From a bacterium (GTDB taxonomy: Bacteria; Bacteroidota; Bacteroidia; NS11-12g; UBA955): a stretch of DNA of 64,000 nucleotides. The stretch lies in NCBI GenBank assembly GCA_029945665.1, contig JAQSCZ010000100.1:10584-74583 (forward strand), read 5' to 3'. This document shows, in pieces, positions 27,901 through 36,418 of this stretch. The notes beneath the pieces were generated by a model that ran no database searches, was not told where the DNA came from, and saw only the letters and a list, made by a program, of their open reading frames with translations. The position numbers and the translations under genes were made by a program. Each line of letters starts with the position of its first letter. Position 1 is the first letter of the stretch.

Positions 27901-29904
27901 CCCTTTGACATCTGAAATTTGGGTTTTATATCTCACACCACTCACAGATAAGCGAGTTTTTAGTCGAAAGGTATCAACACATTTACCTGTTTTAGAAACA
28001 ACAACACACATAATATTGTAAATTCCTGGCCAAAAAGTAGCAAGATAAACTGAGTCACCAATATCACTTCTGTAATACTTCAAACTATCTTTATGTTGCA
28101 AAATCCAAATATGTCTATTGTTTCTGTAATAAGATGTGTCCTCATAAATAACCTTTAACTTAACATTCATACTTCCACATATATTACTATCTTTTACTTC
28201 GAAAGTTGGTCGTGGTTTTTGAATGAGTACTTTTTTCTTAAATATCGCAGAGTCCTTGCAGCCTAGCTTGTTATAAGCTAATAACTTAATGGTGTAGCGC
28301 CCAGTATCTGGATATGAAAACTTAGGATTCACATTTGTATCGGTACCAAGAATTGAATTATTTAATCCATAAAATGTCCATTTATAGAAATTTCGCGCTT
28401 TTGAAGAACCCGCCACCGTTGCATTATTAAAATTAACAAATTCGCCAGGACATGCGGGAATCGGAATCCACGTAAATTTAGGTTTAATACTATCAAGTAC
28501 GATGGCAGATTTCTGAGTAACCGTATCAATACAACCATTGGTGCCAGTAGCAATCATGCGTATAGTATATTTTGCAAAATACTTTGCTATGGCTTTGAAT
28601 TGTGAACCTGTTCCTGCTTGAAGGCTTGAATTTGGCAATGAATCAAAAAATAAATTCCATTTTAAGTTTAGTCCAACGCCATTATTTATAACAGAAAAAT
28701 CATTGGCGATAAATGTATCAGGTTTTAAACAACTAATCGGGTCATTTACTTTAAAAAACGCGAGTGGACCATTCACTGTAACTTGTTTGTTATAGGTTCT
28801 TTCAGATTTACAGCCATATTTTTCATCCGTAAACACAAAACTATATTGCCCAATATCGGTAAACTTAAAAGTTTTGATAGTAGGCGTTGAATTGATTACT
28901 GAATAAGATCCTGGGGTAATCGTATAGCCCGGATAAGGACTTCTTGAATTGAGGTAACTAACAGTTAGTTGCTGACCACCACAAAGATTTATTCGAGAGA
29001 AAGCGACAGCTAAAGTTAAACTATCTGCAAATTGAAGGTAACTGGATTTTTTATGGGTATAAGTACACCCTTTCTTGGTAGTAACTTTTAAAATAACATC
29101 GAACGTATCAGTGGTATTATATCTAATGTTCTTGGGTTGATAAGCGAAACTTGAGTTAGGCACAGCTTTAGGGAATGACCAATTCCAAACACTAATTTTA
29201 TTCTTAACAGTATCTGATAGATTTGTAAAATTTATGAGTTTAGGAATACAACCATTTAATTTATCTGCTAAAAAATCGAGCTTTACAGAATCTGATACAT
29301 ACACAATGCTATCAATTGTTTTCTTTTCAGTGCAACCAAAAGAATCTCGAAGAAAGACAGTCACATTTTTATAACCAGAAGGATAAGTATATAACACTTT
29401 TAAGGATTTGGGCCCATTTTTATACAACGTGTTATTAAGTAACCAGTCTCTTGACACCGATTTAAGTGTATTATCAACTAAAGTTACACTATCATTAAAA
29501 TTACAAATAACCAAGAGGGAGGGGGTTACTTTGATAACAGGTTTAGGTTTTGCGTCAATAAAATTATTTTTGGAAATGGTACATTTAGAACCATCCGTGT
29601 AGGTTAAACGCAGCGAAACATTGTATTTGCCTGAAAAACTGAACAAATTGATGTAAGTACTGTCCGAGGAAACATATCCACCACCAACATTCCACTCAAA
29701 TGTGGTACCCGCTGGAAAATTGGATGCTTTAAATTTAACAACTTGCGGGGCACAAATAATGGTATCATCAGACGAGACTATAACAGCCCCACACTGACCA
29801 AACCCCACTGTTGCAATGCTTAAAGCAATCAATAACAGTTTAATTTTAAAAATTGTTTTCAATATAGTTTTAGCAAAAGTACTGATATAATGCAAGGAAA
29901 GCAA
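24946..29904 (-). CDS. Giant T9SS cargo / adhesin-like protein with PKD-like modules and a gliding-motility-associated C-terminal domain (type-B CTD)
   Basis: 1652 aa with repeated W-x-F modules. The C-terminal VWVPNVFTPNKDGNNEVF...GHYLYKIKA (nt 24949-25239) matches the CHU_C/type-B CTD. There is no ATG near the 5' end; the likely true start is TTG 29862 (MKTIFKIKLLLIALSIATVGFGQ). Confidence 0.85.
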   Translation of the reverse strand: MLSLHYISTFAKTILKTIFKIKLLLIALSIATVGFGQCGAVIVSSDDTIICAPQVVKFKASNFPAGTTFEWNVGGGYVSSDSTYINLFSFSGKYNVSLRLTYTDGSKCTISKNNFIDAKPKPVIKVTPSLLVICNFNDSVTLVDNTLKSVSRDWLLNNTLYKNGPKSLKVLYTYPSGYKNVTVFLRDSFGCTEKKTIDSIVYVSDSVKLDFLADKLNGCIPKLINFTNLSDTVKNKISVWNWSFPKAVPNSSFAYQPKNIRYNTTDTFDVILKVTTKKGCTYTHKKSSYLQFADSLTLAVAFSRINLCGGQQLTVSYLNSRSPYPGYTITPGSYSVINSTPTIKTFKFTDIGQYSFVFTDEKYGCKSERTYNKQVTVNGPLAFFKVNDPISCLKPDTFIANDFSVINNGVGLNLKWNLFFDSLPNSSLQAGTGSQFKAIAKYFAKYTIRMIATGTNGCIDTVTQKSAIVLDSIKPKFTWIPIPACPGEFVNFNNATVAGSSKARNFYKWTFYGLNNSILGTDTNVNPKFSYPDTGRYTIKLLAYNKLGCKDSAIFKKKVLIQKPRPTFEVKDSNICGSMNVKLKVIYEDTSYYRNNRHIWILQHKDSLKYYRSDIGDSVYLATFWPGIYNIMCVVVSKTGKCVDTFRLKTRLSVSGVRYKTQISDVKGCNPFTLTLKATKLMEYNFKNNTPSKITNYWSTNWDTTYLKIQNPGNLITPVKVKKAGTFYFGFSYYHSSGCSDSSSLFSVISGVQASFNAPFYGCVGRKVALVNISDPDAVKFKWFIKDSTSAGQFGPNDTGRNPNITFNREGVYSIGLITYGNGLCTDTGYRTMVVNNIKAQFTSNDTLNYCAPIITTVSAKTHPYIYKYSWKFSQGDTITENLSTISTLFLENTGPAGSDVRLIVDAYGCSDTLEKKGFITVIGPIPRFTITNIVGCEKLNVKFANQSKYFNRFYLEYGDGTYLDSINFNKHTYQIFDRSLSQQVFKPKLYVIDSLGCLAVFKPKDSIIVKRSPNANYTIDKDTGCSALKVVFKNISLGSQTVKWDFDGDGKIDNNSDAPQYYYPTGDFKPVLIARSANGCEDTLKNKFFIKAYAPPVASFVADKDTICYNGSINFTANSLPSNAQIKQWLWDFGNPNTYKDSSTKQNPTFTFNNIKLNQVVLFVRDINNCIDTFTKYVFVNDTIGLPSPPINFVTIQNNNDIFINWTRSTHKRFIGYNLYKDFSGLTNIFTTANRLDTSFKVLTGIDVSKLRYCYTINTIDNCNVKGKVAKSHCTILLNVTDSINELRLNWLAYSGWDNGSNIGVGEYYIYRNENGGAFKLYDSVEGKFTRFIDKQLCNKNYCYYIIAVEKNKRWKSQSNTACGTPKYVFPSQPVIPIAATVLSGTSTYTRWLPYKFVKNVKTYHISRSFVGSSPDNFYATSDSAGFIDKGINVNTNEFSYNYAIRAEDHCGNFSPKSSNSKTILLKGSAANYINQLNWNAYEYWFSGIKQYEVFLRDKNTFNFLSKVDNITNIFEYKDDKLDDSICFYVEAVKDSLGGVISRSNVACLIAESQVWVPNVFTPNKDGNNEVFIPSAILVYNKTGNPILDYHMEIYNRWGEKVFESFDVQSGWDGSFSGKPCQEGHYLYKIKALSLDGAKNFNLEGVITLLR
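29874..29881 (-). promoter_or_regulatory. Candidate -7 box TACTTTTG for the adhesin gene
   Basis: Exact TAnnTTTG on the minus strand, inside the longest-ORF N-terminus and 11 nt upstream of TTG 29862. Confidence 0.4.
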
Positions 29905-29915
29905 TATTTTTTTAT

Positions 29916-29923
29916 TAGTTTTG
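29916..29923 (+). promoter_or_regulatory. Candidate -7 box TAGTTTTG for the TPR lipoprotein gene
   Basis: Exact TAnnTTTG, 25 nt upstream of ATG 29949. Confidence 0.45.
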
Positions 29924-29948
29924 CACCCTTAGTAACATCATATCAACA

Positions 29949-30641
29949 ATGTATAGACCAATTTTAACCCTAATAGTTGCTTCAACTTTATTAATTTCGT
30001 GCCAATCATCTGATAACAAGAGCAATGCTTCTGATAGCAATTGGCAAAAAATTTATACCATAGCTTATACCAATCACGATTATCCAACAGCCATTGTTGC
30101 TTTGAATCAATTATTGCTAACTGATTCAAATAATGCGAATCATTTAGATTCATTGTCAACCTATTATCTTAAAAGAACTCAAAATATATATGGCGGCAAA
30201 ATAATCGTTGAAAAAGGTCTAAAAATCAATCCAAAAAACTTTCAAATGTTGGAATACCAAGGTTTGATATTAATTGGTGAAGGGAAATTAGCTGAGGCAC
30301 GTGCAATATTTGAAAAAGCATTTGAAATTTCAAAGAAAAACAAGTTTCAATACATGATAGCAACCACTTATGCCAACGAGAGTAATTTAGCTGAATTTGA
30401 AAAAATTGTGGATGGTTTAATTGCCCAAGATTTTCCTTCCGAAAAATTTGAAGCCATGATAGACAACAATAATTCTCAGATGGTTGAGCTAAAGGCAACT
30501 TGCTATTTATCAAAAGCTAAATTAAGTAAAGATGCGCCAACCATGATGCGTTATATTGATAGTGCTTTGAAAATTCAACCAGATTATCAGGAAGCATATT
30601 ACATGTTGGATGAATTAAAGAAAAGAACCGGCAACCAATAG
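29949..30641 (+). CDS. TPR-repeat lipoprotein
   Basis: Lipobox STLLISC at the N-terminus, followed by TPR-like helical repeats (ALKIQPDYQEAYYML). Confidence 0.65.
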   Translation: MYRPILTLIVASTLLISCQSSDNKSNASDSNWQKIYTIAYTNHDYPTAIVALNQLLLTDSNNANHLDSLSTYYLKRTQNIYGGKIIVEKGLKINPKNFQMLEYQGLILIGEGKLAEARAIFEKAFEISKKNKFQYMIATTYANESNLAEFEKIVDGLIAQDFPSEKFEAMIDNNNSQMVELKATCYLSKAKLSKDAPTMMRYIDSALKIQPDYQEAYYMLDELKKRTGNQ

Positions 30642-30653
30642 TCGAAAAAGGTT

Positions 30654-31199
30654 TTAAATCCTCGGTTTCCAATTTACCTCTGAAACACCTTGTTTCAATG
30701 CAGTGAAGCGACCCAAAACAAATAGATAATCTGACAACCTATTTAAGTATTGAATAATTAGGGGTTCTATTAATTCAAGTTCATTTAAACGAACTGTCAA
30801 TCTTTCGGCTCTGCGACAAATGCATCGTGCAACATGGCAATGCGATACCTCTATACTACCTGCTGGCAAAACAAATGAACGGAGTTCGGGCAATTCGGTA
30901 TTCATTTTATCCATGGCGTCTTCCAATTGAATACAATCTGATTCATGTAAATCTGGAACAATCATTTTACTCGTTATTGAAGATGCAAGTAAACTTCCAA
31001 CTGTAAATAAACGGTCTTGGATCTCGGAAAGCACAAAAGCATTTTCTTCATCTGAAACAAAAGAACGAAGGATACCTAAATAAGAATTAAGTTCATCAAC
31101 AGTACCGTATGAATCTATTCGTATATGGTGTTTTGGCACTCGATCCCCACCAATTAACGAAGTCTGTCCTGTATCTCCCCGCTTTGTATATATTTTCAT
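30654..31199 (-). CDS. ATP:cob(I)alamin adenosyltransferase, PduO type
   Basis: MKIYTKRGDTGQTSL...YGTVDELNSYLG and CRRAER are present. 181 aa. Confidence 0.88.
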   Translation of the reverse strand: MKIYTKRGDTGQTSLIGGDRVPKHHIRIDSYGTVDELNSYLGILRSFVSDEENAFVLSEIQDRLFTVGSLLASSITSKMIVPDLHESDCIQLEDAMDKMNTELPELRSFVLPAGSIEVSHCHVARCICRRAERLTVRLNELELIEPLIIQYLNRLSDYLFVLGRFTALKQGVSEVNWKPRI

Positions 31200-31208
31200 C
31201 TTGCTATT

Positions 31209-31925
31209 TTAAACAAACTGGATTGCATTTTGTTCGAATCTGTCGTTAATTAAATCAGTTTCGATTAAACCGTCGCGCAATCGTACAATTCTTTTGGCGT
31301 TAAGGGCAATATCCTCTTCGTGAGTAACCAAAATAATGGTATTTCCATTCTTATGAATCTCTCGGAATAAGGCCATAATTTCAACGGATGTTTTGGTGTC
31401 CAAATTTCCTGTTGGCTCATCTGCCAATAGTATACTTGGATTGTTTACCAAACCGCGGGCAATGGCAACACGCTGTCTTTGTCCGCCAGAAAGCTCGTTA
31501 GGCTTGTGTTTCATTCGATCCTTTAAGCCAACTTGTATCAATACCTCTTCAGCTCTTGCATTTCTGTCCTTTTTTGAAAACCCTGCATACACTAAGGGCA
31601 AAGCCACATTTTCGAGTGCATCCATTCTGGGCAACAAATTAAACGTTTGAAATACAAAACCGATTTCTTTGTTTCTTACCTCAGCCAATTTATTTTCGGT
31701 CATTAAACTCACATCGGTTCCATTCAAAATATATTTTCCATTTGAAAATGAATCCAAACAACCAATGATATTCATTAATGTCGATTTACCTGACCCAGAA
31801 GGACCCATTAAAGCCACATATTCTCCTTTGTCTATTTGTAAATCTATGTTCTTAATAGCCTGAACAATTTCAGTCCCAACTTTATAAGACTTTTGGATAC
31901 CAATTATATCTATCAGATGGTTCAT
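31209..31925 (-). CDS. ABC transporter ATP-binding protein (LolD/MacB-like)
   Basis: [25 protein letters not shown] and [11 protein letters not shown] are present. Confidence 0.9.
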   Translation of the reverse strand: MNHLIDIIGIQKSYKVGTEIVQAIKNIDLQIDKGEYVALMGPSGSGKSTLMNIIGCLDSFSNGKYILNGTDVSLMTENKLAEVRNKEIGFVFQTFNLLPRMDALENVALPLVYAGFSKKDRNARAEEVLIQVGLKDRMKHKPNELSGGQRQRVAIARGLVNNPSILLADEPTGNLDTKTSVEIMALFREIHKNGNTIILVTHEEDIALNAKRIVRLRDGLIETDLINDRFEQNAIQFV

Positions 31926-32218
31926 TATGATTTCTCAATTACTTTTGGCACTCTAAAATAATCAGAATCCTTTTTAGGTGCATTCAATAATGCATCTTGC
32001 CTTGAAATAGTCTCAATTAATTCATCCTTACGGACATTATTTTGGGTATCAGTAATGTATATTAATGGTTCAATTCCATCCGTATTTATTTCATTCAATT
32101 TTTCGCAAAGGACTAAGATATTTTCTAAATCCTTTTTGATATTAATCTTGCCTTGCTCATCAAACTCTAAGCGAGCGAGGTGAGCCAATTGTTCAATTTT
32201 TTCGTTTGTAATTTCCAT
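31925..32218 (-). CDS. gatC: Asp/Glu-tRNA amidotransferase subunit C
   Basis: 97 aa from ATG 32218. [13 protein letters not shown]...L..IL....KLNEI is present. Confidence 0.8.
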   Translation of the reverse strand: MEITNEKIEQLAHLARLEFDEQGKINIKKDLENILVLCEKLNEINTDGIEPLIYITDTQNNVRKDELIETISRQDALLNAPKKDSDYFRVPKVIEKS

Positions 32219-32940
32219 CAATTCGGTTTTTGATTTAATTCTTGTTCAATAATAGCAAATATTTTGTTGCGCAACGCTTCGCAATCCTCTCCTTTTAGAT
32301 GATTGGTTGGTTCTAAACGATGAATTTTATAATGCAAGGTCCGAGGATAAAATTCAAACTTTTCATCTGGCAAAATCTTAAAATTATTATAGAACGTAAC
32401 TGGCACTATTGGCACACCTAAATCTATTGCCAATTTAAATGCGCCATTTTTAAACGGCTTTAATTTAGGCGCAAACTTCCAGATGGTACCTTCTGGGAAA
32501 ATAATTACACTATACCCAGCCTTAACACGATCAGCTGCCTTTAAAAAAGATTTGTGAGCGCCAATTGCACTACTGCGATCTACCGCAATATCAACCGATT
32601 TAAAAAAGATACCGAACATTGGAATTTTTGCCAATTCCATTTTTGCCATAAAGCAACCTTTTTCAGGAAAGAACAAACCAAATGCTATGATATCAAAATA
32701 CGAGGAATGATTTGAGACATAAATGGCCGGTTCATTGGGCAATTTAAACTCCGTAAAACCCTTAACACGAACAAAATTAATGATGACTAGAAACCAAGCC
32801 CATACTTTTCGCAATCTATTGGCTTTGGGATACCATTTTTCGCGAGAGAGAAATAAAGCAAAAAAAGGATACAATATAAGAAAGCTGGCCGCAAACCAAA
32901 AGACAAACCATACAGCACCTAATCTACCCTTCAGTTTCAA
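32218..32940 (-). CDS. plsC: 1-acyl-sn-glycerol-3-phosphate acyltransferase
   Basis: HX4D motif NHSSYFD and FPEGT are present. The start is TTG in a TTGA overlap with the upstream stop. Confidence 0.85.
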   Translation of the reverse strand: MKLKGRLGAVWFVFWFAASFLILYPFFALFLSREKWYPKANRLRKVWAWFLVIINFVRVKGFTEFKLPNEPAIYVSNHSSYFDIIAFGLFFPEKGCFMAKMELAKIPMFGIFFKSVDIAVDRSSAIGAHKSFLKAADRVKAGYSVIIFPEGTIWKFAPKLKPFKNGAFKLAIDLGVPIVPVTFYNNFKILPDEKFEFYPRTLHYKIHRLEPTNHLKGEDCEALRNKIFAIIEQELNQKPN

Positions 32941-33464
32941 TTGGCAGGCGTTGTATTTTTAGGTCGAAGAAAATAACCAAATATAGCCGAGAAAAATAAA
33001 CCTCTCGATCCACCAAGAAATAGATGAAATATGAATTGTTGAGATGCAGAAAAATTATATTTTATATTTTCTAATGCCGTTTTCATTTCCTCGGGAGTCC
33101 TTTTTAACCCTGCCTTACTTGCTTTAAATTGATTTTCATAAAAAGCAATGGCATCATTTATATAAAAAGGTTTAAACTGAACCAAATATGAGAATAAAAG
33201 TGAAATTGAAGAACCGATAATTATACTTACAAAGAAGCCCATAAAAACAACTTTCCCTAAAACAAATTGCTCGGGATTGCTATCTCTGTATGATTTAATA
33301 AAAACAAAAATTCCGAAAACAGGAATCAAAATATATTCAGAGAGCATCACTAGAAATCTTGTTAAGCCCATATCCTTGTATATTCCATTGGTATAAAACA
33401 GATATTCAAGCGCCGCACATGCACTGCCGAAAGCAAGACCATAGATCAATATTTTTTTACTCAT
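32937..33464 (-). CDS. Small four-TM membrane protein (DUF4199-like)
   Basis: 175 aa with four hydrophobic segments, resembling Bacteroidota DUF4199. This is a tentative family call. Confidence 0.45.
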   Translation of the reverse strand: MSKKILIYGLAFGSACAALEYLFYTNGIYKDMGLTRFLVMLSEYILIPVFGIFVFIKSYRDSNPEQFVLGKVVFMGFFVSIIIGSSISLLFSYLVQFKPFYINDAIAFYENQFKASKAGLKRTPEEMKTALENIKYNFSASQQFIFHLFLGGSRGLFFSAIFGYFLRPKNTTPAN

Positions 33465-33477
33465 TTTAAATTGTTTA

Positions 33478-33485
33478 CAAAACTA
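33478..33485 (-). promoter_or_regulatory. Candidate -7 box TAGTTTTG for the DUF4199-plsC-gatC-ABC-PduO operon
   Basis: Exact TAnnTTTG on the minus strand, 13 nt upstream of ATG 33464. Confidence 0.45.
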
Positions 33486-33544
33486 TGACAAAAAGATTTT
33501 ATAATGCTTTGTTATTTTAAAAAAAAACAGAAATTTGCAGTCAT

Positions 33545-34102
33545 ATGGAATTTAAAGATATTGTAGCAATTGCAGGAATGCCCGGATTGTATAAAATTGT
33601 TGGTCAAAGACAAAATGGATTAATTGTTGAAGCCTTAGATGGAAGTGGAAAAAAGATACCTACTTCACCAAACACGAAAGTCTCAATACTTTCTGATATA
33701 GCAATGTTTACGATGGAAGGCGAAGAAAAATTAGCCGAAATTCTTTTGACTGTTTTCGATCAATCTAAAACAGGTTTACAAGTACCAGATAAGAAAGCAA
33801 ATGACGATGCTTTTCCTCAATTTATTGGCAAGGTTCTACCTAATTACGACAATGAGCGCATTTATCTTTCTGATATGAAGAAGTTGGCTAATTGGTATAA
33901 TATTTTGAAAGACCAATATGATTTTGAATCATTGCGCAAAGAATTATCTGACGCCAAATCTGCAGAAACCGAAGAAGGAATTACTGACAAACCAAAAGTA
34001 GAAGTTAAAGCGAAAGCTGATAAAGTAATTAAAAACACCAATGCCAAAGGGGACAGTAAAAGCAAAGGCAAGGCGGTAGGAACTATTCGTAAAATGGCTT
34101 AA
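33545..34102 (+). CDS. DUF5606-like protein with a lysine-rich C-terminal tail
   Basis: The N-terminus MEFKDIVAIAGMPGLYKIVGQRQNGLIVEAL resembles DUF5606. The C-terminus is KPKVEVKAKADKVIKNTNAKGDSKSKGKA. Confidence 0.5.
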   Translation: MEFKDIVAIAGMPGLYKIVGQRQNGLIVEALDGSGKKIPTSPNTKVSILSDIAMFTMEGEEKLAEILLTVFDQSKTGLQVPDKKANDDAFPQFIGKVLPNYDNERIYLSDMKKLANWYNILKDQYDFESLRKELSDAKSAETEEGITDKPKVEVKAKADKVIKNTNAKGDSKSKGKAVGTIRKMA

Positions 34103-34132
34103 CCTAGACTAGAAACAATATATTTTAAAATT

Positions 34133-34158
34133 AACCCCGCTTAAAGTGGGGTTTTTCT
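34133..34158 (+). terminator. Rho-independent terminator after the DUF5606 gene
   Basis: AACCCCGC / GTGGGGTT stem (one G-U pair) with loop TTAAA, then TTTTC. Confidence 0.65.
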
Positions 34159-34161
34159 TTG

Positions 34162-34638
34162 CTAAAGATTTAGCATTTTAAGCGCAGTTACTGCCGCTTC
34201 AACACCTTTATTACCATGTTTGCCGCCACTTCTATCAATTGCTTGTTGAAGTGTATCTGTGGTCAGAACACCGAAAATAACTGGGGCACTATAATCAAGT
34301 GATACGCGCATAATGCCGTTAGCTGTTGCATCGCATATAAAATCGAAATGCCGGGTTTCTCCTTGAATAACACAACCAAGGCAAATGACAGCATTTACTT
34401 CCGCTGTTTCAAATAAATGTTGCGCACCAAAAGCCAACTCGAAGGTACCAGGAACCGATTTAAGTATTATTTGATGGTCTTTTGCTCCTGCTTTGACAAG
34501 GGTTTCGATTGCACCTTGCAGCAAGGCATTGGTAATTGTTGAATTCCATTCAGAAACAACAATGCCGAAGTTGTAATCTTCGGCATTGGGAATCTCGTTT
34601 ATATTAAATTCTGAAAGGTTCTTTAATACTGTAGCCAT
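34162..34638 (-). CDS. ribH: 6,7-dimethyl-8-ribityllumazine synthase
   Basis: GIVVSEWNSTIT, VPGTFELAF, LGCVIQGETRHFDF and KHGNKGVEAA are present. Confidence 0.92.
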   Translation of the reverse strand: MATVLKNLSEFNINEIPNAEDYNFGIVVSEWNSTITNALLQGAIETLVKAGAKDHQIILKSVPGTFELAFGAQHLFETAEVNAVICLGCVIQGETRHFDFICDATANGIMRVSLDYSAPVIFGVLTTDTLQQAIDRSGGKHGNKGVEAAVTALKMLNL

Positions 34639-34644
34639 TCTAAT

Positions 34645-35343
34645 TTATTCTGCAGTTTTAGCCTCAGCTCTACCAATAAATTTATCGATATCGTTATTGC
34701 CTTCAGCATCCTTGTATTCTTTTTTCAGTTTATTGTAGATGGTCAAAGCTTCTTTCCACTCATCTCTTTTTTCATGAATTCTTGCGGCTTTTTTGTACCA
34801 CCATACCGCGGTAAATTCTGTATTGGCAGATTTTGCAGCTTTCGTGTACTGACTTAATCCTTTATCTAAATCTTTGTTTTCAACATAAGCATCTCCAAGT
34901 AAACCTATGACTTGTGTGCTCATTACCTTATCAGAAAAGCTAACCTTTTCAAGATATTCAATCGCCTTTTTATAATCGCCCGTGTAAAGAAATGAAGTTC
35001 CAGCCATGTAAGCTGCCAAGTTACCTGCTTTGGTCCCACTGAATTCGTCAGCAAGTTTTGGAGCCATTTTAGCAACTGTATAAAAAGAATCCATATCAAA
35101 CAAAGTTTGTGCCTTGTAAATTGCGGTTAAACCTCTTTCTTCTTTTGGCATTTTGTATAAAAACTGATAACATATTCCTGCTATTACTAATACCAAAACC
35201 CCAAGGATTCCATATACTAATGTTTTATTTTGACCATTCAGCCAATTCTTAATTTTATCTACGAACAAACTTGCTGATGAAGGTCCTTTTGGAGCCTCTT
35301 CTTGTTCTATGTATTGTTCTTCTATTTCTTCGTTGTTGCTCAT
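34645..35343 (-). CDS. Membrane-anchored TPR protein (YfgM-like)
   Basis: An acidic N-terminus is followed by one TM (VYGILGVLVLVIAGICYQF) and a TPR region. It lies 6 nt upstream of ribH. Confidence 0.6.
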   Translation of the reverse strand: MSNNEEIEEQYIEQEEAPKGPSSASLFVDKIKNWLNGQNKTLVYGILGVLVLVIAGICYQFLYKMPKEERGLTAIYKAQTLFDMDSFYTVAKMAPKLADEFSGTKAGNLAAYMAGTSFLYTGDYKKAIEYLEKVSFSDKVMSTQVIGLLGDAYVENKDLDKGLSQYTKAAKSANTEFTAVWWYKKAARIHEKRDEWKEALTIYNKLKKEYKDAEGNNDIDKFIGRAEAKTAE

Positions 35344-35401
35344 GTAATGATTGTTAATATAATAAAAAGTGTGCGAAAATAGTTAAATTTATTTAATAAA
35401 T

Positions 35402-36403
35402 CTAATCCATTATGTATGGATATTCCCCATCATAAACATTGGTATATAACTCAGAAGCATCAGGATAAGGTGAAGTTTCAGCAAATTCAACAGAAGCATT
35501 AACTTCAATCATTAACCGTTCTTCAATTGCATCCAACTCAGCTTCTGTAGCCATGTTGTTTTCAAGTATAGTTGCCTTGGTTGTTTCTAAGGGGTCTAAG
35601 GACTTATAATGCGCTACTTCATCTTTAGTTCTGTATGTTGCAGGATCGCTCATGCTATGCCCTTTGTATCGGTAGGTCTTTATTTCTAAAAATGTTGGCC
35701 CATCACCTTTTCTTGCTCTGTCTGCAGCTTCTTTAATTGCATCATGAACGGTTTCACATTTCATACCATCCACTTGGAATGATGGCATTTCATAAGCAGA
35801 ACCTATTTTATAGATATCCAAAACATTCGTAGTTCTCTCAACCGAAGTACCCATGGCGTAATCATTATTTTCGCAAATGAAGATCACAGGCAGCTTCCAT
35901 AACATAGCCATGTTGAAGGCTTCGTGCAAGGCACCTTGACGAACGGCACCGTCTCCCATAAAACAAACACACAAATTTTGAGTGCCTAAATATTTTTCGG
36001 CAAAGGCAATACCAGCTCCTAAAGGAATTTGTGCACCAACGATACCATGTCCTCCTAAAAAGTTATGTTCTTTGCTAAACATGTGCATACTTCCACCCTT
36101 TCCACTCGTACAGCCTGTGGCTTTTCCATATAACTCGGCCATTACTGCATTGGCTGTTACGCCAAGCGCCAAGGCGTGACCATGGTCACGATAGGCTGTT
36201 ATGAATTTATCATCCTTCGTTGTGGCACTTACCATTCCCGCGACAATAGCCTCCTGTCCAATGTATAAATGACAAAAACCTTTGATCTTTTGTTGACCAT
36301 ACAACTGGGCTGATTTTTCTTCAAATCTTCTTACCAGCAACATTATTTCATACCATTTGAGGTATGTTTCCTTATTAAAATTTATTTTTGCAGCCTTGGC
36401 CAT
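35402..36403 (-). CDS. pdhA: Pyruvate dehydrogenase (acetyl-transferring) E1 alpha subunit
   Basis: GFCHLYIGQEA, the TPP motif GDGAVRQGALHEAFNMA, and YRYKGHSMSDP are present. I chose the ATG at 36403 (MAKAAKINF); the longest ORF to 36472 is an N-terminal over-extension. Confidence 0.9.
   Translation of the reverse strand: MAKAAKINFNKETYLKWYEIMLLVRRFEEKSAQLYGQQKIKGFCHLYIGQEAIVAGMVSATTKDDKFITAYRDHGHALALGVTANAVMAELYGKATGCTSGKGGSMHMFSKEHNFLGGHGIVGAQIPLGAGIAFAEKYLGTQNLCVCFMGDGAVRQGALHEAFNMAMLWKLPVIFICENNDYAMGTSVERTTNVLDIYKIGSAYEMPSFQVDGMKCETVHDAIKEAADRARKGDGPTFLEIKTYRYKGHSMSDPATYRTKDEVAHYKSLDPLETTKATILENNMATEAELDAIEERLMIEVNASVEFAETSPYPDASELYTNVYDGEYPYIMD
36383..36390 (+). promoter_or_regulatory. 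Candidate -7 box TATTTTTG for recF (inside the pdhA 5' coding region, opposite strand)
   Basis: Exact TAnnTTTG, 28 nt upstream of TTG 36419 and 67 nt upstream of GTG 36458. Confidence 0.35.
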
Positions 36404-36418
36404 ATTTTTTATTAATGA

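Noticed and set aside
20488-29800. Regular periodic repeats in the two giant genes, considered as a possible CRISPR array or satellite DNA.
   Set aside because: The periodicity is about 81 aa of divergent PKD/Ig-like protein domains inside continuous ORFs. There are no short identical DNA repeats with unique spacers.
34639-34644. An FMN riboswitch upstream of ribH, and a cobalamin riboswitch upstream of the TonB receptor (46978-47017).
   Set aside because: The available non-coding space is only 6 nt and 40 nt respectively, which is far too short for either aptamer.
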